Shown: positions 48,170 through 64,000 of the stretch, piece by piece
Position numbering within the stretch: position 1 is the first letter of the stretch
Layout: the number at the start of each line of letters is the position of its first letter
Source of the DNA: the human T2T-CHM13v2.0 reference genome, Homo sapiens
Strand: one strand, 5' to 3'
DNA: 64,000 nt
Assembly: GCF_009914755.1 (NCBI RefSeq)
Contig: NC_060936.1
Translations under genes and position numbers: made by a program
Notes under the pieces: model-generated
The model's database searches: none
What the model saw: only the letters and a program-made list of their open reading frames with translations
Told to the model about the DNA's origin: nothing

Positions 48170-51100
48170 CTATTCATAAGACAATGCAATATGAAAGAAC
48201 ATAACAACATATGAGAATATGTTACTATGACTGCTCCCAAAAGAATCACAACAACAGCAAAAATTCACTAAGGGCATCTATGTGCCAGGCATTCTGCTAT
48301 ATGCTTTACATGGATGATGTCATTTAATTCTTACAAAACCTCTATAACCACAGCCCTGGGAGGTAAGTCCTACTACTATGTCCATTTTATGTATGAGGAG
48401 ACAGAGGCTTGGATGGGTTAACTAACTTAACCAAGCATGCACAGATAAGTAGTGGAGCCAGGTCTTTAATTCACATACTCAGATTATAAGTCCTATGGTA
48501 TTACCCATATTAGACATGCCAGTATCCTATTTTTCATCTGGGAGGTTCAGGGCACCAAGTTAACCACATATAAAATAACTTCATTAGATAGTTGTGGTGT
48601 GGCCATCTTTATTTTTAGAATCTGAGTCACTGTTGTTGATATAACTTGTTCAGGGCTACAAATAAATGGCTAGTGGGACCAGGAATCACTGTATATTCAC
48701 CCCATTCCTAAAATTTATTTCTTACCTGACGCTATATACAATTATAACAGATAGGTGAAACTGTTTCAAATGAAACAGCTTTTTTTTCAGATATTTAACA
48801 GTTTTTCTTCTTTTTTGAAGGCACGCTATTTCTTAGAAGAATAAATAAAATAAACATTATGATTGAATATACATTATAAAGACTGAATGCAAATTATTTT
48901 ACATATATATTTTAATAAAAGAGACATCTAAAGTTTATAAGAATTCCATCAGAACTCACAAATGCAAACTGAATATTAGCCTTCAAAGTAGCTATCTTTA
49001 AGAGATTGCATATTTATTCCAATTAAAAACTATTTTGGAATCTATTTTGGAATGGCCTTTAGCATCAGAAAATCACATGAAAACAGACCTTCAAACAAGT
49101 AAATAGCAAATATCAAAATATTATAGTTTTAAAAGAGATCTGAATAAAAGTAACAATATTTTTATCCAGTGACTTTGATAAATTGATTTATAACACTGTA
49201 CTTTGTAAATGCACATATTTTATAAATCAAGAGTCAGAGAGATAGAAGGCTTTGATGCTAGAATCCATATTTAATGAATTATCGTTTCTAATATAGAGCC
49301 ATGTGATTTGATAGGCTTTGAATAGATGTCTAATCGTAGCATAGATTATAAGGAACAATAAAGAAGGACTCTAATCTTGTTCACATGGAGTATGAACAAA
49401 TAGAATCTCTGTTAAGTAAACGAGAGAGAACAGTTCATAGTCCATTTCCCTTTCCATGTTTTCATGGCAATACCTTGTTTAGTAATAGTAAGAAGATGGC
49501 TAGTTTTATTTTTTTTAAATGTATATAAATGTGTATAAACATTTTTGGCTTTTTATCATGGACCACAGAAATATGAAGATGTTAATATAACAACCATAGT
49601 AAGAAAAATAATGGAATGTCTTAGAATAAACAAGTAATTGCATATCAGGATGTAAACATGCAGAACACACATGTAGGCGTGCACAGAAAAAGATGGAGAA
49701 GGTATTTTCACAAAGTCCTTCTATAACAACATGCAGCTTTAAGAAAGTCTTTTATAAACCTACTTGCATCACTGACTCACTGAAACCACAAAGTAGTTGC
49801 TTGAACAAGAACAAAATAAAATCATGATATACACGCACTGCCTTAGCCGTATGTGGTTTAAAAACTTCCTGTCATTGACTGCACACTTTCTATCTCTCAT
49901 AAATATACTTAGAATCCTCCTCCTCCTTCCACACCTGTCATGATCTCAATCTTCATGCTTTTAGTCACTACTAAGAATAAGGTTAAAATGTTTCTGATCA
50001 CATTATTGCTAGTTTGTACGAGAAGAAGGAAGCTATTTTTACGTAATATGGATATGAGTTCTTTTTGCGAGGGTTGATAAAAGTAATAACAATTGGTAGA
50101 AGAATAAGAGGGTATACCGAGATTTTCTGAAAGGTTTTGTTAGGATATACTTCTATAGGGATTTTCTAATACTCAGCTGGCTCTGTTATATATAACACAT
50201 ATTGCCACAGCAAAACCTCCCTTTAGTGGGAATATAAACTGGTAGAAATACTATACAGAGTAATTGCCAATACTACGGAAAATTATAAACGTATGTGTCC
50301 TTTAACCCAGGAATTATCTTTAGGAATCTCTTCTGTAGATATGCTTACTGCTCACACACATGCACAATTATTCATATGCAAGGTTATTTACAATTAGTAG
50401 TCATTACTACTTATAGTAACAAAAAATAAGCAATAGATCAAATGTCTATTAGGAGGAGACTGATTAATAACAGGATATCCTGCAACAGACTACTATGCAA
50501 CAGCATAAAAGTATGAGGATGGTATTTATGGACTGATACGAAATGACCTCCAAGATAAATTACTCAGTGAAAAAGGCAGAGTACAGAATAGTGTTATGTA
50601 GAAAGCTGCCATTTATGTAAAAAAGGAAAATAAGTACACACATACACTTGCTTACACATACATAAACATCTGTCTGGAAGGTACATGTGAGATAGCACTG
50701 GGTACCTCTGAAGAGGGAAACTGGATGGCTGGGAACAGAGTTAGGGACACTTTCACTGTATGCTCTTTTGTACAGTTTGAATTGTGAATTTTGAGAGTGT
50801 TTTACCTATTTAAAAAATGATTAAAAACATATAAACTATTTTTTACAAGTTTATTGAATAGATAAAGAAACTGCAGTGAACCCTAGTCAAGTTATGCTAG
50901 TCAAGTTATGACTAGATAGCCACATTCTAGCTACGGGAGAAAGGAAAGAATTCTGTAATTTCTGGGAGAGAGGAAGATGGGAGATGGGAACAAAGACCCT
51001 TCAGAAAGGTCTTCCTTATATCAAGCAAAGATATAATATCTCTCTGCTACTGTACAACAGAAAATATATGCACCTAAAATACTACAATGGTTTCTTTAAA

Positions 51101-51252
51101 CACAGCAGGTGCAAACAAAGAAAAGAAAGAAAAAAGCATTCAAAAGTACCAAACACAGATTTAAAGGTACAAACAGCCCCAATTTTAAAGCTTACCACAT
51201 TTTATTTCCTGGGCACCAATATCAGGTTTTTATAAGAAATAATTAAATACTT

Positions 51253-51543
51253 GCCAGGTGCAGTGGCTCATGCCTGTAATCCCAGCACTTTGGGAGGCCA
51301 AGGTGGGCAGATCACATGAGGCCAGGAGTTTGAGAACAGTCTGGCCAACATGGCAAAACCCCGTCTCTATTAAAAATACAAAAATTAGCCAGGCACGGTG
51401 GTACACATCTGTAATCCCAGCTACTCAGGAGGCTGAGGCACGAGAATTGCTTGAGCCCAAGAGGCAGAGGTTGCAGGGACTGAGATCGTGCCACTGCATT
51501 CCAGCCTAGATGACAGAGTGAGACTCTGTCTCAAAAAAAAAAA
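51253..51543 (+). mobile_element. Older Alu (Jb/Sz-like)
   Basis: Dimeric Alu; TSD agaaataat(t/a)aaatact. Confidence 0.9.
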
Positions 51544-51683
51544 GGAGAAATAATAAAATACTGTGTATGCATTCAAGCCAGACAAGAGGATGTTTGTGAT
51601 TTTACATCTATGATACATGAAATATAAGAAAAACACAACTTAAAAAATATTTGAAATGACTATTACCCTAATATTTAGGTCCT

Positions 51684-52579
51684 GGGGGGAGGAGCCAAGA
51701 TGGCCAAATAGGAACAGCTCCGGTCTACAGCTCCCAGCATGAGCGACGCAGAAGACGGGTGATTTCTGCATTTCCATCTGAGGTACCGGGTTCATCTCAC
51801 TAGGGAGTGCCAGACAGTGGGCGCAGGTCAGTGGGTGCGCGAGCCGAAGCAGGGCGAGGCATTGCCTCACTTGGGAAGCGCAAGGGGTCAGGGAGTTCCC
51901 TTTCTGAGTCAAAGAAAGGGGTGACGGACGCACCTGGAAAATCGAGTCACTCCCACCCGAATATTGCGTTTTTCAGACCCGCTTAAAAAACGGCGCACCA
52001 CGAGATTATATCCCACACCTGGCTCGGAGGGTCCTACGCCCACGGAGTCTCGCTGATTGCTAGCACAGCAGTCTGAGATCCAACTGCAAGGCGGCAGCGA
52101 GGCTGGGGGAGGGGCGCCCGCCATTGCCCGGGCTTGATTAGGTAAACAAAGCAGCCGGGAAGCTCCAACTGGGCAGAGCCCACCACAGCTCAAGGAGGCC
52201 TGCCTGCCTCTGTAGGCTCCACCTCTGGGGGCAGGGCACAGACAAACAAAAAGACAGCAGCAACCTCTGCAGACTTAAATGTCCCTGTCTGACAGCTTTG
52301 AAGAGAGCACTGGTTCTCCCAGCACGCGGCTGGAGATCTGAGAACGGGCAGACTGCCTCCTCAAGTGGGTCCCTGACCCCTGACCCCCGAGCAGCCTAAC
52401 TGGGAGGCACCCCCCGGCAGGGGTACACTGACACCTCACACGGCAGGGTATTCCAACACATCTGCAGCTGAGGGTCCTGTCTGTTAGAAGGAAAACTAAC
52501 AAACAGAAAGGACATCCACACCAAAAACCCATCTGTACATCACCATCATCAAAGACCAAAAGTAGATAAAACCACAAAG
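51684..52579. promoter_or_regulatory. L1 5' UTR: CpG-rich sense promoter plus antisense promoter (ASP)
   Basis: YY1 motif AAGATGGCC at 51697-51705; RUNX motif TGTGGT on minus at 52182-52187; many CpGs retained. Confidence 0.85.
51909..52124 (-). CDS. ORF0: L1 ORF0, intact 71 aa: MAGAPPPASLPPCSWISDCC...RFSRCVRHPFL
   Basis: ATG at 52124 in gcaATGG context, open to TGA. Length, position and sequence match primate L1 ORF0. Confidence 0.88.
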   Translation of the reverse strand: MAGAPPPASLPPCSWISDCCASNQRDSVGVGPSEPGVGYNLVVRRFLSGSEKRNIRVGVTRFSRCVRHPFL

Positions 52580-53593
52580 ATGGGGAAAAAACAGAACAGA
52601 AAAACTGGAAACTCTAAAACGCAGAGCGTCTCTCCTCCTCCAAAGGAACGCAGTTCCTCACCAGCAATGGAACAAAGCTGGATGGAGAATGACTTTGACG
52701 AGCTGAGAGAAGGCTTCAGACGATCAAATTACTCTGAGCTACGGGAGGACATTCAAACCAAAGGCAAAGAAGTTGAAAACTTTGAAAAAAATTTAGAAGA
52801 ATGTATAACTAGAATAACCAATACAGAGAAGTGCTTAAAGGAGCTGATGGAGCTGAAAACCAAGGCTCGAGATCTACGTGAAGAATGCAGAAGCCTCAGG
52901 AGCCGATGCGATCAACTGGAAGAAAGGGTATCAGCAATGGAAGATGAAATGAATGAAATGAAGCAAGAAGGGAAGTTTAGAGAAAAAAGAATAAAAAGAA
53001 ATGAGCAAAGCCTCCAAGAAATATGAGACTATGTGAAAAGACCAAATCTATGTCTGATTGGTGTACCTGAAAGTGATGGGGAGAATGGAACCAAGTTGGA
53101 AAACACTCTGCAGGATATTATCCAGGAGAACTTCCCCAATCTAGCAAGGCAGGCCAACGTTCAGATTCAGGAAATACAGAGAACGCCACAAAGATACTCC
53201 TCGAGAAGAGCAACTCCAAGACACATAATTGTCAGATTCACCAAAGTTGAAATGAAGGAAAAAATGTTAAGGGCAGCCAGAGAGAAAGGTCGGGTTACCC
53301 TCAAAGGGAAGCCCATCAGACTAACAGCAGATCTCTCGGCAGAAACCCTACAAGCCAGAAGAGAGTGGGGGCCAATATTCAACATTCTTAAAGAAAAGAA
53401 TCTTCAACCCAGAATTTCATATCCAGCCAAACTAAGCTTCGTAAGTGAAGGAGAAATAAAATACTTTACAGACAAGCAAATGCTGAGAGATTTTGTCACC
53501 ACCAGGCCTGCCCTAAAAGAGCTCCTGAAGGAAGCGCTAAACATGGAAAGGAACAACCGGTACCAGCCGCTGCAAAATCATGCCAAAATGTAA
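52580..53593 (+). pseudogene. L1 ORF1p, disrupted
   Basis: MGKKQNRKTGNSK...QNHAKM with a premature TGA at 53024-53026 (Trp codon in intact L1). Confidence 0.93.
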
Positions 53594-53656
53594 AGACCAT
53601 CAAGACTAGGAAGAAACTGCATCAACTAACGAGCAAAATCACCAGCTAACATCATA

Positions 53657-57479
<3,823 letters not shown>

Positions 57480-57754
57480 ACAATGAGATCACATGGACAC
57501 AGGAAGGGGAATATCACACTCTGGGGACTGTGGTGGGGTGGGGGGAGGGATAGCATTGGGAGATATACCTAATGCTAGATGACGAGTTAGTGGGTGCAGC
57601 GTGCCAGCATGGCACATGTATACATATGTAACTAACCTGCACAATGTGCACATGTACCCTAAAACTTAAAGTATAATAAAATAAAATAAAATAAAAAATA
57701 TTTAGGTCCTAACTAAACAAACCTATGGTACCAATTTAATTTACAAAGAAACCA

Positions 57755-57895
57755 ATATACTTAATGCTAGATGACGAGTTAGTGGGTGCAGCACACCAGC
57801 ATGGCACATGTATACATATGTAACTAACCTACACATTGTGCACATGTACCCTAAAACTTAAAGTATAATAATAAATAAATAAAGAATAAAATAAA
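57755..57895 (+). mobile_element. Short 3'-end fragment of a second young L1PA
   Basis: taatgctagatgacgagttagtgggtgcagc...aaacttaaagtataata plus an A-rich tail, lying outside the TSD of the full-length copy. Confidence 0.9.
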
Positions 57896-58054
57896 CTTTC
57901 ATTTTTCAATTAAAAAACAGCTGAATTACTCTGCGATTTGAGCCAGAAATTTTTCTTTTACCTGCCTTCCCTTAATCCTCTTCCTATGTGTAGATAGAAA
58001 GCTTCTGAAGAAAGATGCCATTAACTTTTTCAATAGCTTTAAAAACCATTTCCA

Positions 58055-58750
58055 GGATGGAGGTTTCTTAAAAAATTAAAAACAGAACTATCTTATGATC
58101 CGGCAACTCCACTTTAGTGTATATATCCGAAGGAAATGAAATTAGTTTCTTAAAGACTTCATTTTGGCATTAGTCACAATAATCAAGATACTAAAAACAC
58201 ACCTAAATGTACACACATACACAAACAGACACACAAAGGAATATTATTCAGCCTTAAACAAGAAAATCCTGCCATTTGTAACAACATGGATTGACCTGGA
58301 GGACACTAAGCATCCTGGAGGATGCTAAGTGAAGTAAGCCAGACACAGAAAAACAAATATTATATCATCTCACTTATACATGGAACCTAAAATAGTTGAA
58401 CTCACACTGATAGAGTAGAAGGTGCTTACCAGGGCTGGGGCGGGGGGAAATGGGGAGATTTTGGTCAAGGGGTACAAAGTTTCAGCCACACAGATGGTTA
58501 GTTCTGGAAATCTAATGTATGACAATGTGATTATATTTAACAATATTCTAGTGTATACTTGAAATTCATTAAGAGGACAGATCTTAAGTGTTCTCACCAC
58601 GGACACAGAAAAGTGGTAACTATCTGAGGTAATAAATATGCTAATTCGTTTGAAGTAATTATTTTACAATATCTGTGTACATTGAATCGTCAAATTGTAT
58701 ACCTCAAATATATACAATCTTTAATTATCAAATACATCTCAATAAATTAA
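58055..58750 (+). mobile_element. L1MA-type 3' end
   Basis: aaatcctgccatttgtaacaacatggattgacctggaggaca. Confidence 0.8.
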
Positions 58751-59149
58751 AAAATTTTTTCCTGTAAATTTCCTAAATAGAAAGAATGTTATGTTATGGA
58801 TAAATATAGAAAAAGCAGTCATTCAAGGATACAGTGATTTTTTTTTAAAAGAACCAAAAATAATTCATTTAACTGACTTCATGCTACTTAAGACAGTCAA
58901 AGATATGACATAAAAAGGTGTGTATTTTGTGCTACCTTTTAGTCTACGTTTCCAATCCCCTCTGTAGTAATAATTACGTCCACTTTAAAGATATAGAACT
59001 TGGATCAAAAGATCACCAACTTTCCACTGAGTGCCTACTTCAAGTATAACTATAGTACTGAAATTTAACAATAGTTTTCACTCAGAACCTTGAAGAAAAT
59101 CATCCTCTTAAAAAAGAAAATTAGGCACAGAGTCCAAGCTTCTGAAGAT

Positions 59150-59668
59150 CTGGGTATATATCCAAAGGAATAGAAATCATTCTATATAAAGATACATGCA
59201 CACGCATGGTCTTCGCAGTACTATTCACAATAGCAAAGACGTGGAATCAACCTGAATGCCCATCAATGATAGACTGGATAAAGAAAATGTGGCACATATA
59301 CATCATGGAATACATGGTATAAAAGGGAATGAGATCATATCCTTTGCAGGGACATGGATGGAGCTGGAAACCATTATCCTCAGCAAACTAATGCAGGAAC
59401 AGAAGACCAAACACCACATGCTCTCACTTATAAATGGGAGCTGAATGATCAGAACACACGGACGCATTGTGGGGAACAACACACACTCGGGCTTGTTAGG
59501 AGAAGGGAAGAACATCAGGAAGAATAGGTAATAGACGATGGGCTTAATACCTAGGCGATGGGTTGATCTGTGCAGCAAACCGCCATGGCACACGTTTACC
59601 TATGTAACAAACCTGCGCATCCTGTACATGCACCCTGGAACTTAAAGTAAAAGTTGAAGGAAAAAAAA
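59150..59668 (+). mobile_element. Older L1PA 3' end
   Basis: ctgggtatatatccaaaggaa...caccctggaacttaaagtaaaagt plus A tail. Confidence 0.85.
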
Positions 59669-59844
59669 CCCCAAAAAACCAAAAATACATTTTGATGTTC
59701 TTTCTAAATAGAAAAAACTTAAAAAAATCTTAATTTTGTTTTTAATTTCCTATCTTCCACCAACATAATTTTCTATATGATCTTAATACTGATCCACATA
59801 CTATTACAGTGATTATAGACAGAATATAATAAAAGTGAGTTTTA

Positions 59845-60006
<162 letters not shown>

Positions 60007-60473
60007 CTAAATGCGAACTATCAAATATTTAGTATTTACTTACAATGAGATTTAGTAGAAAAAGAAAATAATACTTATTTTTCTTAATAAGATTTCTTAT
60101 ACTTGTCTTTTAAATAATTATGCCTTAAGTTAGGGCACAGCAATTTTGTTTTGATTAGAGACTTAACCTCTCTAACACTCAAAAGAGTTAATTATATTGA
60201 CATTTCTTTGTTAATGTAATTCCAGGTCTTCTTTAAATAATACTTTCATCATAATCCACCCCAAAAGGTGCTACAAAATATAAGAAGGTTCTTATATTTA
60301 TGAGGGGAAATAAATTCTATTTAAGCTTCTTTCAAAAACAAGTATACGTTTCATATATTTTATATATTCTACATTTTATATATTTACAAATTTAGAAATA
60401 ATCATAAAAAGTGAATTGTACTAAGAGGGAAGGTAGAATTTTACCTAGCAAATTTAAGAGGTAGGTTATTAAA

Positions 60474-60495
60474 ATATATATATATATATATATAT

Positions 60496-60528
<33 letters not shown>
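60474..60528. repeat. Compound (TA)n(GA)n microsatellite
   Basis: Directly visible. Confidence 0.95.
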
Positions 60529-60530
<2 letters not shown>

Positions 60531-60802
60531 AATGGATGAGCTAAAAATCACCAAGCCAGAATTTGCTTCTAAACTGAAAACATGTGATTGCTCTTTTTGT
60601 TTTACCTCGTAATGAGAATTCTATAAAAACATTATTTATAATAGCATTTTAAGAAAAATAAATATGAAGCACTCTATCGATGCTACAGTTTGAAATAAAA
60701 TAACTATGGCTGGGTATGTTTGTTTGGTCTACTTGGATGTCAAGGTGATTAAAATTTTTTTTCATTTTCCCTGTAATTCCTTTCTTTGTAAGAATGGTGT
60801 TA

Positions 60803-61075
<273 letters not shown>

Positions 61076-61364
61076 TTAAGCAGCTACAGAAAGTCCAGTA
61101 TAACAAGATGCAAATCTCTATGGCAAGAATCCAGATAAATCTGTACCACAAAATAATTAAAAATGGGCCTTGCAACTTCCCATTTTAATGACTTTTTCAG
61201 TTTAATCTATCTGCAAAAAACATTATATAAATATACAAAACTTAAAGCCAATAAAATATAGTCTTTCTTAAAGTAAAACATAATTTGGAATTAAAAATAA
61301 CATAGGTACACTCTACTCACATGTTAGGAATTTTTCTCTTACAGCATATAAAAAAAGTTGCAGC

Positions 61365-61482
61365 GGTCAGGCACGGTGACTCATGCCTGTAATCCTAGCA
61401 CTTTGGGAGGCCAAGGTGGGTGGATTGCTTGAGCCCAGGGGTTCAAGACCAGCCTGGGCAACATAGCGAAACCTTTTCTCTA
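61365..61482 (+). mobile_element. Alu left monomer (FLAM-like)
   Basis: ggtcaggcacggtgactcatgcctgtaatcc...agcctgggcaacatagcga. Confidence 0.82.
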
Positions 61483-61518
61483 TTATTTTAAAAAAATAAT
61501 AATTAAAAAATAGTTTCA

Positions 61519-61698
<180 letters not shown>

Positions 61699-62435
61699 TT
61701 ATGTTTGTCAAAAACTTTTCTTAAAGGAAAGCTTTATAATGAGAGAAAACTGAACAGCTGAAAGTCTTGCTTAATTTTTTCCTAAACTCATCCTTAATCC
61801 ATGGTGACAAGTAAGACAGGTAAGCACCAACAGGTTCTAAAATTCCCACTTGTTCTTTCATTTCCTCACAATAAATAAAGCAGATTATTATTTTCAATCA
61901 TTATAATGTCAATTAATATATTGCCATTTAACACTTTTAGCAGCCTAAGAGAATGATTAAATGAAGCGATTAACTTATTACTTTAAAATCACATTGTATT
62001 TTAAAATATATAATACATCCTATACCAGGGCTAGCCCTAGGCAAAATCAGAAAATAGATGAAGTGATAGCAATAAAAATTTAAAGTCAAATAAAGTAGAT
62101 AATAAAAAAGATGAAGTTCATTTTGATGTATACACACCCTTTACTTTTACCATTTCTTGTTTGTTTTCTTTTTTACCTCCAACATTCTCCTCCCACTAAA
62201 CTGCCTTTCTTTTTGCTCTCCTCTTTATAGTTCCTGAGAAGACTTCCACAAAAGAGCAATAACCGTATCACCGTTCAATTCCAACAGTGGTATATGCTGA
62301 GGATGATACAAGTCTGTACGAGTCATCCATTTCCCTGACTAAATTTTTGGGGCTAATCCCAACAGCCCCATTAGACTCAATGACTGACTTCATTAGTAAA
62401 TACGGTAAATTTAAATCTAGCCAGATAATCTACAG

Positions 62436-62723
62436 CAGGGGACCCCAATTCCCCGTACAGGCCTGTTAGGAACCGGGCCGCACAGCAGGAAGTGAGCAGC
62501 AGGCGAGTGAGCATTACCACCTGAGCTCCACCTCCCATCCGCTCAGCGGCAGCATTAGGTTCTCATAGGAGCGTGAACTGTATTGTGAACTGCGCATGCA
62601 AGCGATCGAGGTTGTGTGCTCCTTGTGGAACAGTTTCATCCCCAAACCCTCTCCAGCTCTCCTGGAAAAAACTGTCTTCTGTGAAACTGGTCCTCGGTGC
62701 CAAAAAGGCTCAGAGGACTGCTG
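62436..62723 (-). mobile_element. MER1B
   Basis: caggggacccc...ggtgccaaaaagg; TSD atctaca(g/a). Confidence 0.82.
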
Positions 62724-63429
62724 ATCTACAAAATCATACTTTTCTGGAGTCCATCAAAGATTTGTGATCATAAGGCAACCTAGTAAACTGAATTCCAAAC
62801 CGTGACATATACCTCCAAGGACAGACAGGACACATAAGGAGTTTCATCTTTGTTACAGCATAGCTGAAATAGGATGCTGTCATACAAGGGGGTAAAAAGA
62901 AAGCAGCTAAAATTTTAACAGATTCTTGAAGGCCAAGTGGGCTAGCATATCAAGTTAGAATAGGTCGGAGCCACAGGCACATGAACTTGCAAACTCTTTT
63001 CCACTGGCCTCCATCAGGTATTTCCAGAAAACACTGAGGGCAGGAGACAAGAGAGCCTTCTCAAGGGCACAGGCAGAAATGCTGAGAATCAAGATACACG
63101 AGGCTTGACCAAACCGGGAGTGGACAAAGACAACAAAGATGGAGAAGAGTTGAACAAAGTGACCTTCCGGACCCCCAACTATGAGCCTAGATTCAAGTAA
63201 CAAGTAACAAGCCTACTGCTGGGAGGCAGAGCAAAAGTATGGAGGCAGACTCCACTCTGCAGCTCTGGCATGCGAAGGCTGCTGAAAGCAAGGGATGGAG
63301 CAGAGAGACAGAGAAAAATCCTCCTGGACCCCCAAGTGCCGTTCTAAGCACAAAGTAGCACCAGTAGAAAATGAAGCCGGTGGTACATTGAAGGTACTGA
63401 CAGACACGAAACCAAGCTGGGATAAAAGT

Positions 63430-63570
63430 GGGGTAAAAGACTACACATTGGGTACAGTGTACATTGCTCGGGTGATGGATGCACCAAAATCTTAGAATCA
63501 CCACTCAAGAACTTATTTGTGTAACCAAACACCACCTATTCCCCAAAAACCTACTGAAATAAAAAAATTA
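63430..63570 (+). mobile_element. L1PB-type 3' terminal fragment
   Basis: aagactacacattgggtacagtgtacattgctcgggtgatggatgcaccaaaatc. Confidence 0.78.
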
Positions 63571-63867
63571 AAAGTTTTTTAAAAATAAAGCCATAAAGTC
63601 TACAAATTATATGAAAGCAAGATCTCTAACAAACTTGCCATGCATTTTCAGATTTCTCCAAGCATTGTTCCAGTGAATAAGCTAATAAATAAAGTCTAAC
63701 GCAAAGGGGAAAAAAAAGGAAACCAAACCTACCTCAACTGCTGATAAGATGTACACAACCTTCACATTAATATTGTTCATTTCTGGACATAAATACTATT
63801 AACCTCAGTCTCTTCTAATACCCACAATATCCAGTAATCAGTTAAAAAAAAGAAAAGAAGAAAAATA

Positions 63868-64000
63868 GGCTGGGTGCGGTGGCTCATGCCTGTAATCCCA
63901 GCACTTTGGGAGGCCGAGGTGGGCGAATCACGAGATCAGGAGTTCAAGACCAGCCTGGCCAACATGGTGAAACACTGTCTCTACTAAAAATACAAAAATT
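63868..64000 (+). mobile_element. AluS left arm, cut by the window edge
   Basis: ggctgggtgcggtggctcatgcctgtaatcccagc. Confidence 0.92.

Noticed and set aside
51909-52193. 94-aa N-terminally extended ORF0 in the ORF track
   Set aside because: The extension starts at a non-ATG codon; the canonical ATG is at 52124.

Overview
Repeat-rich primate genomic DNA, very likely human. The right half holds the last eight coding exons and the 3' UTR of C12orf4 (FERRY3) on the minus strand. All splice junctions are GT-AG and join into one open frame ending ...[10 protein letters not shown]; the upstream exons lie beyond base 64000. Bases 1-30300 are mostly old L1, Alu, MaLR/ERVL LTR, MIR and DNA-transposon debris with no host coding exon I can support. 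A full-length, TSD-flanked, retrotransposition-dead L1PA2/PA3-type element (51684-57696) sits in an intron antisense to the gene. The main result: its antisense promoter points down the gene, its 71-aa ORF0 is intact, and the phase-1 ORF0 splice donor is in frame with the next C12orf4 exon, predicting a 200-aa ORF0-C12orf4 fusion. Expression of this fusion is not shown by the sequence. Other observations include a 108-bp copy of C12orf4 3' UTR sequence inside a MER82 transposon, a MER2-supplied poly(A) signal and a ~120-bp intronic direct repeat. Repeat subfamily names and protein numbering come from memory of consensus sequences, not from searches, and boundaries of old repeats are approximate.
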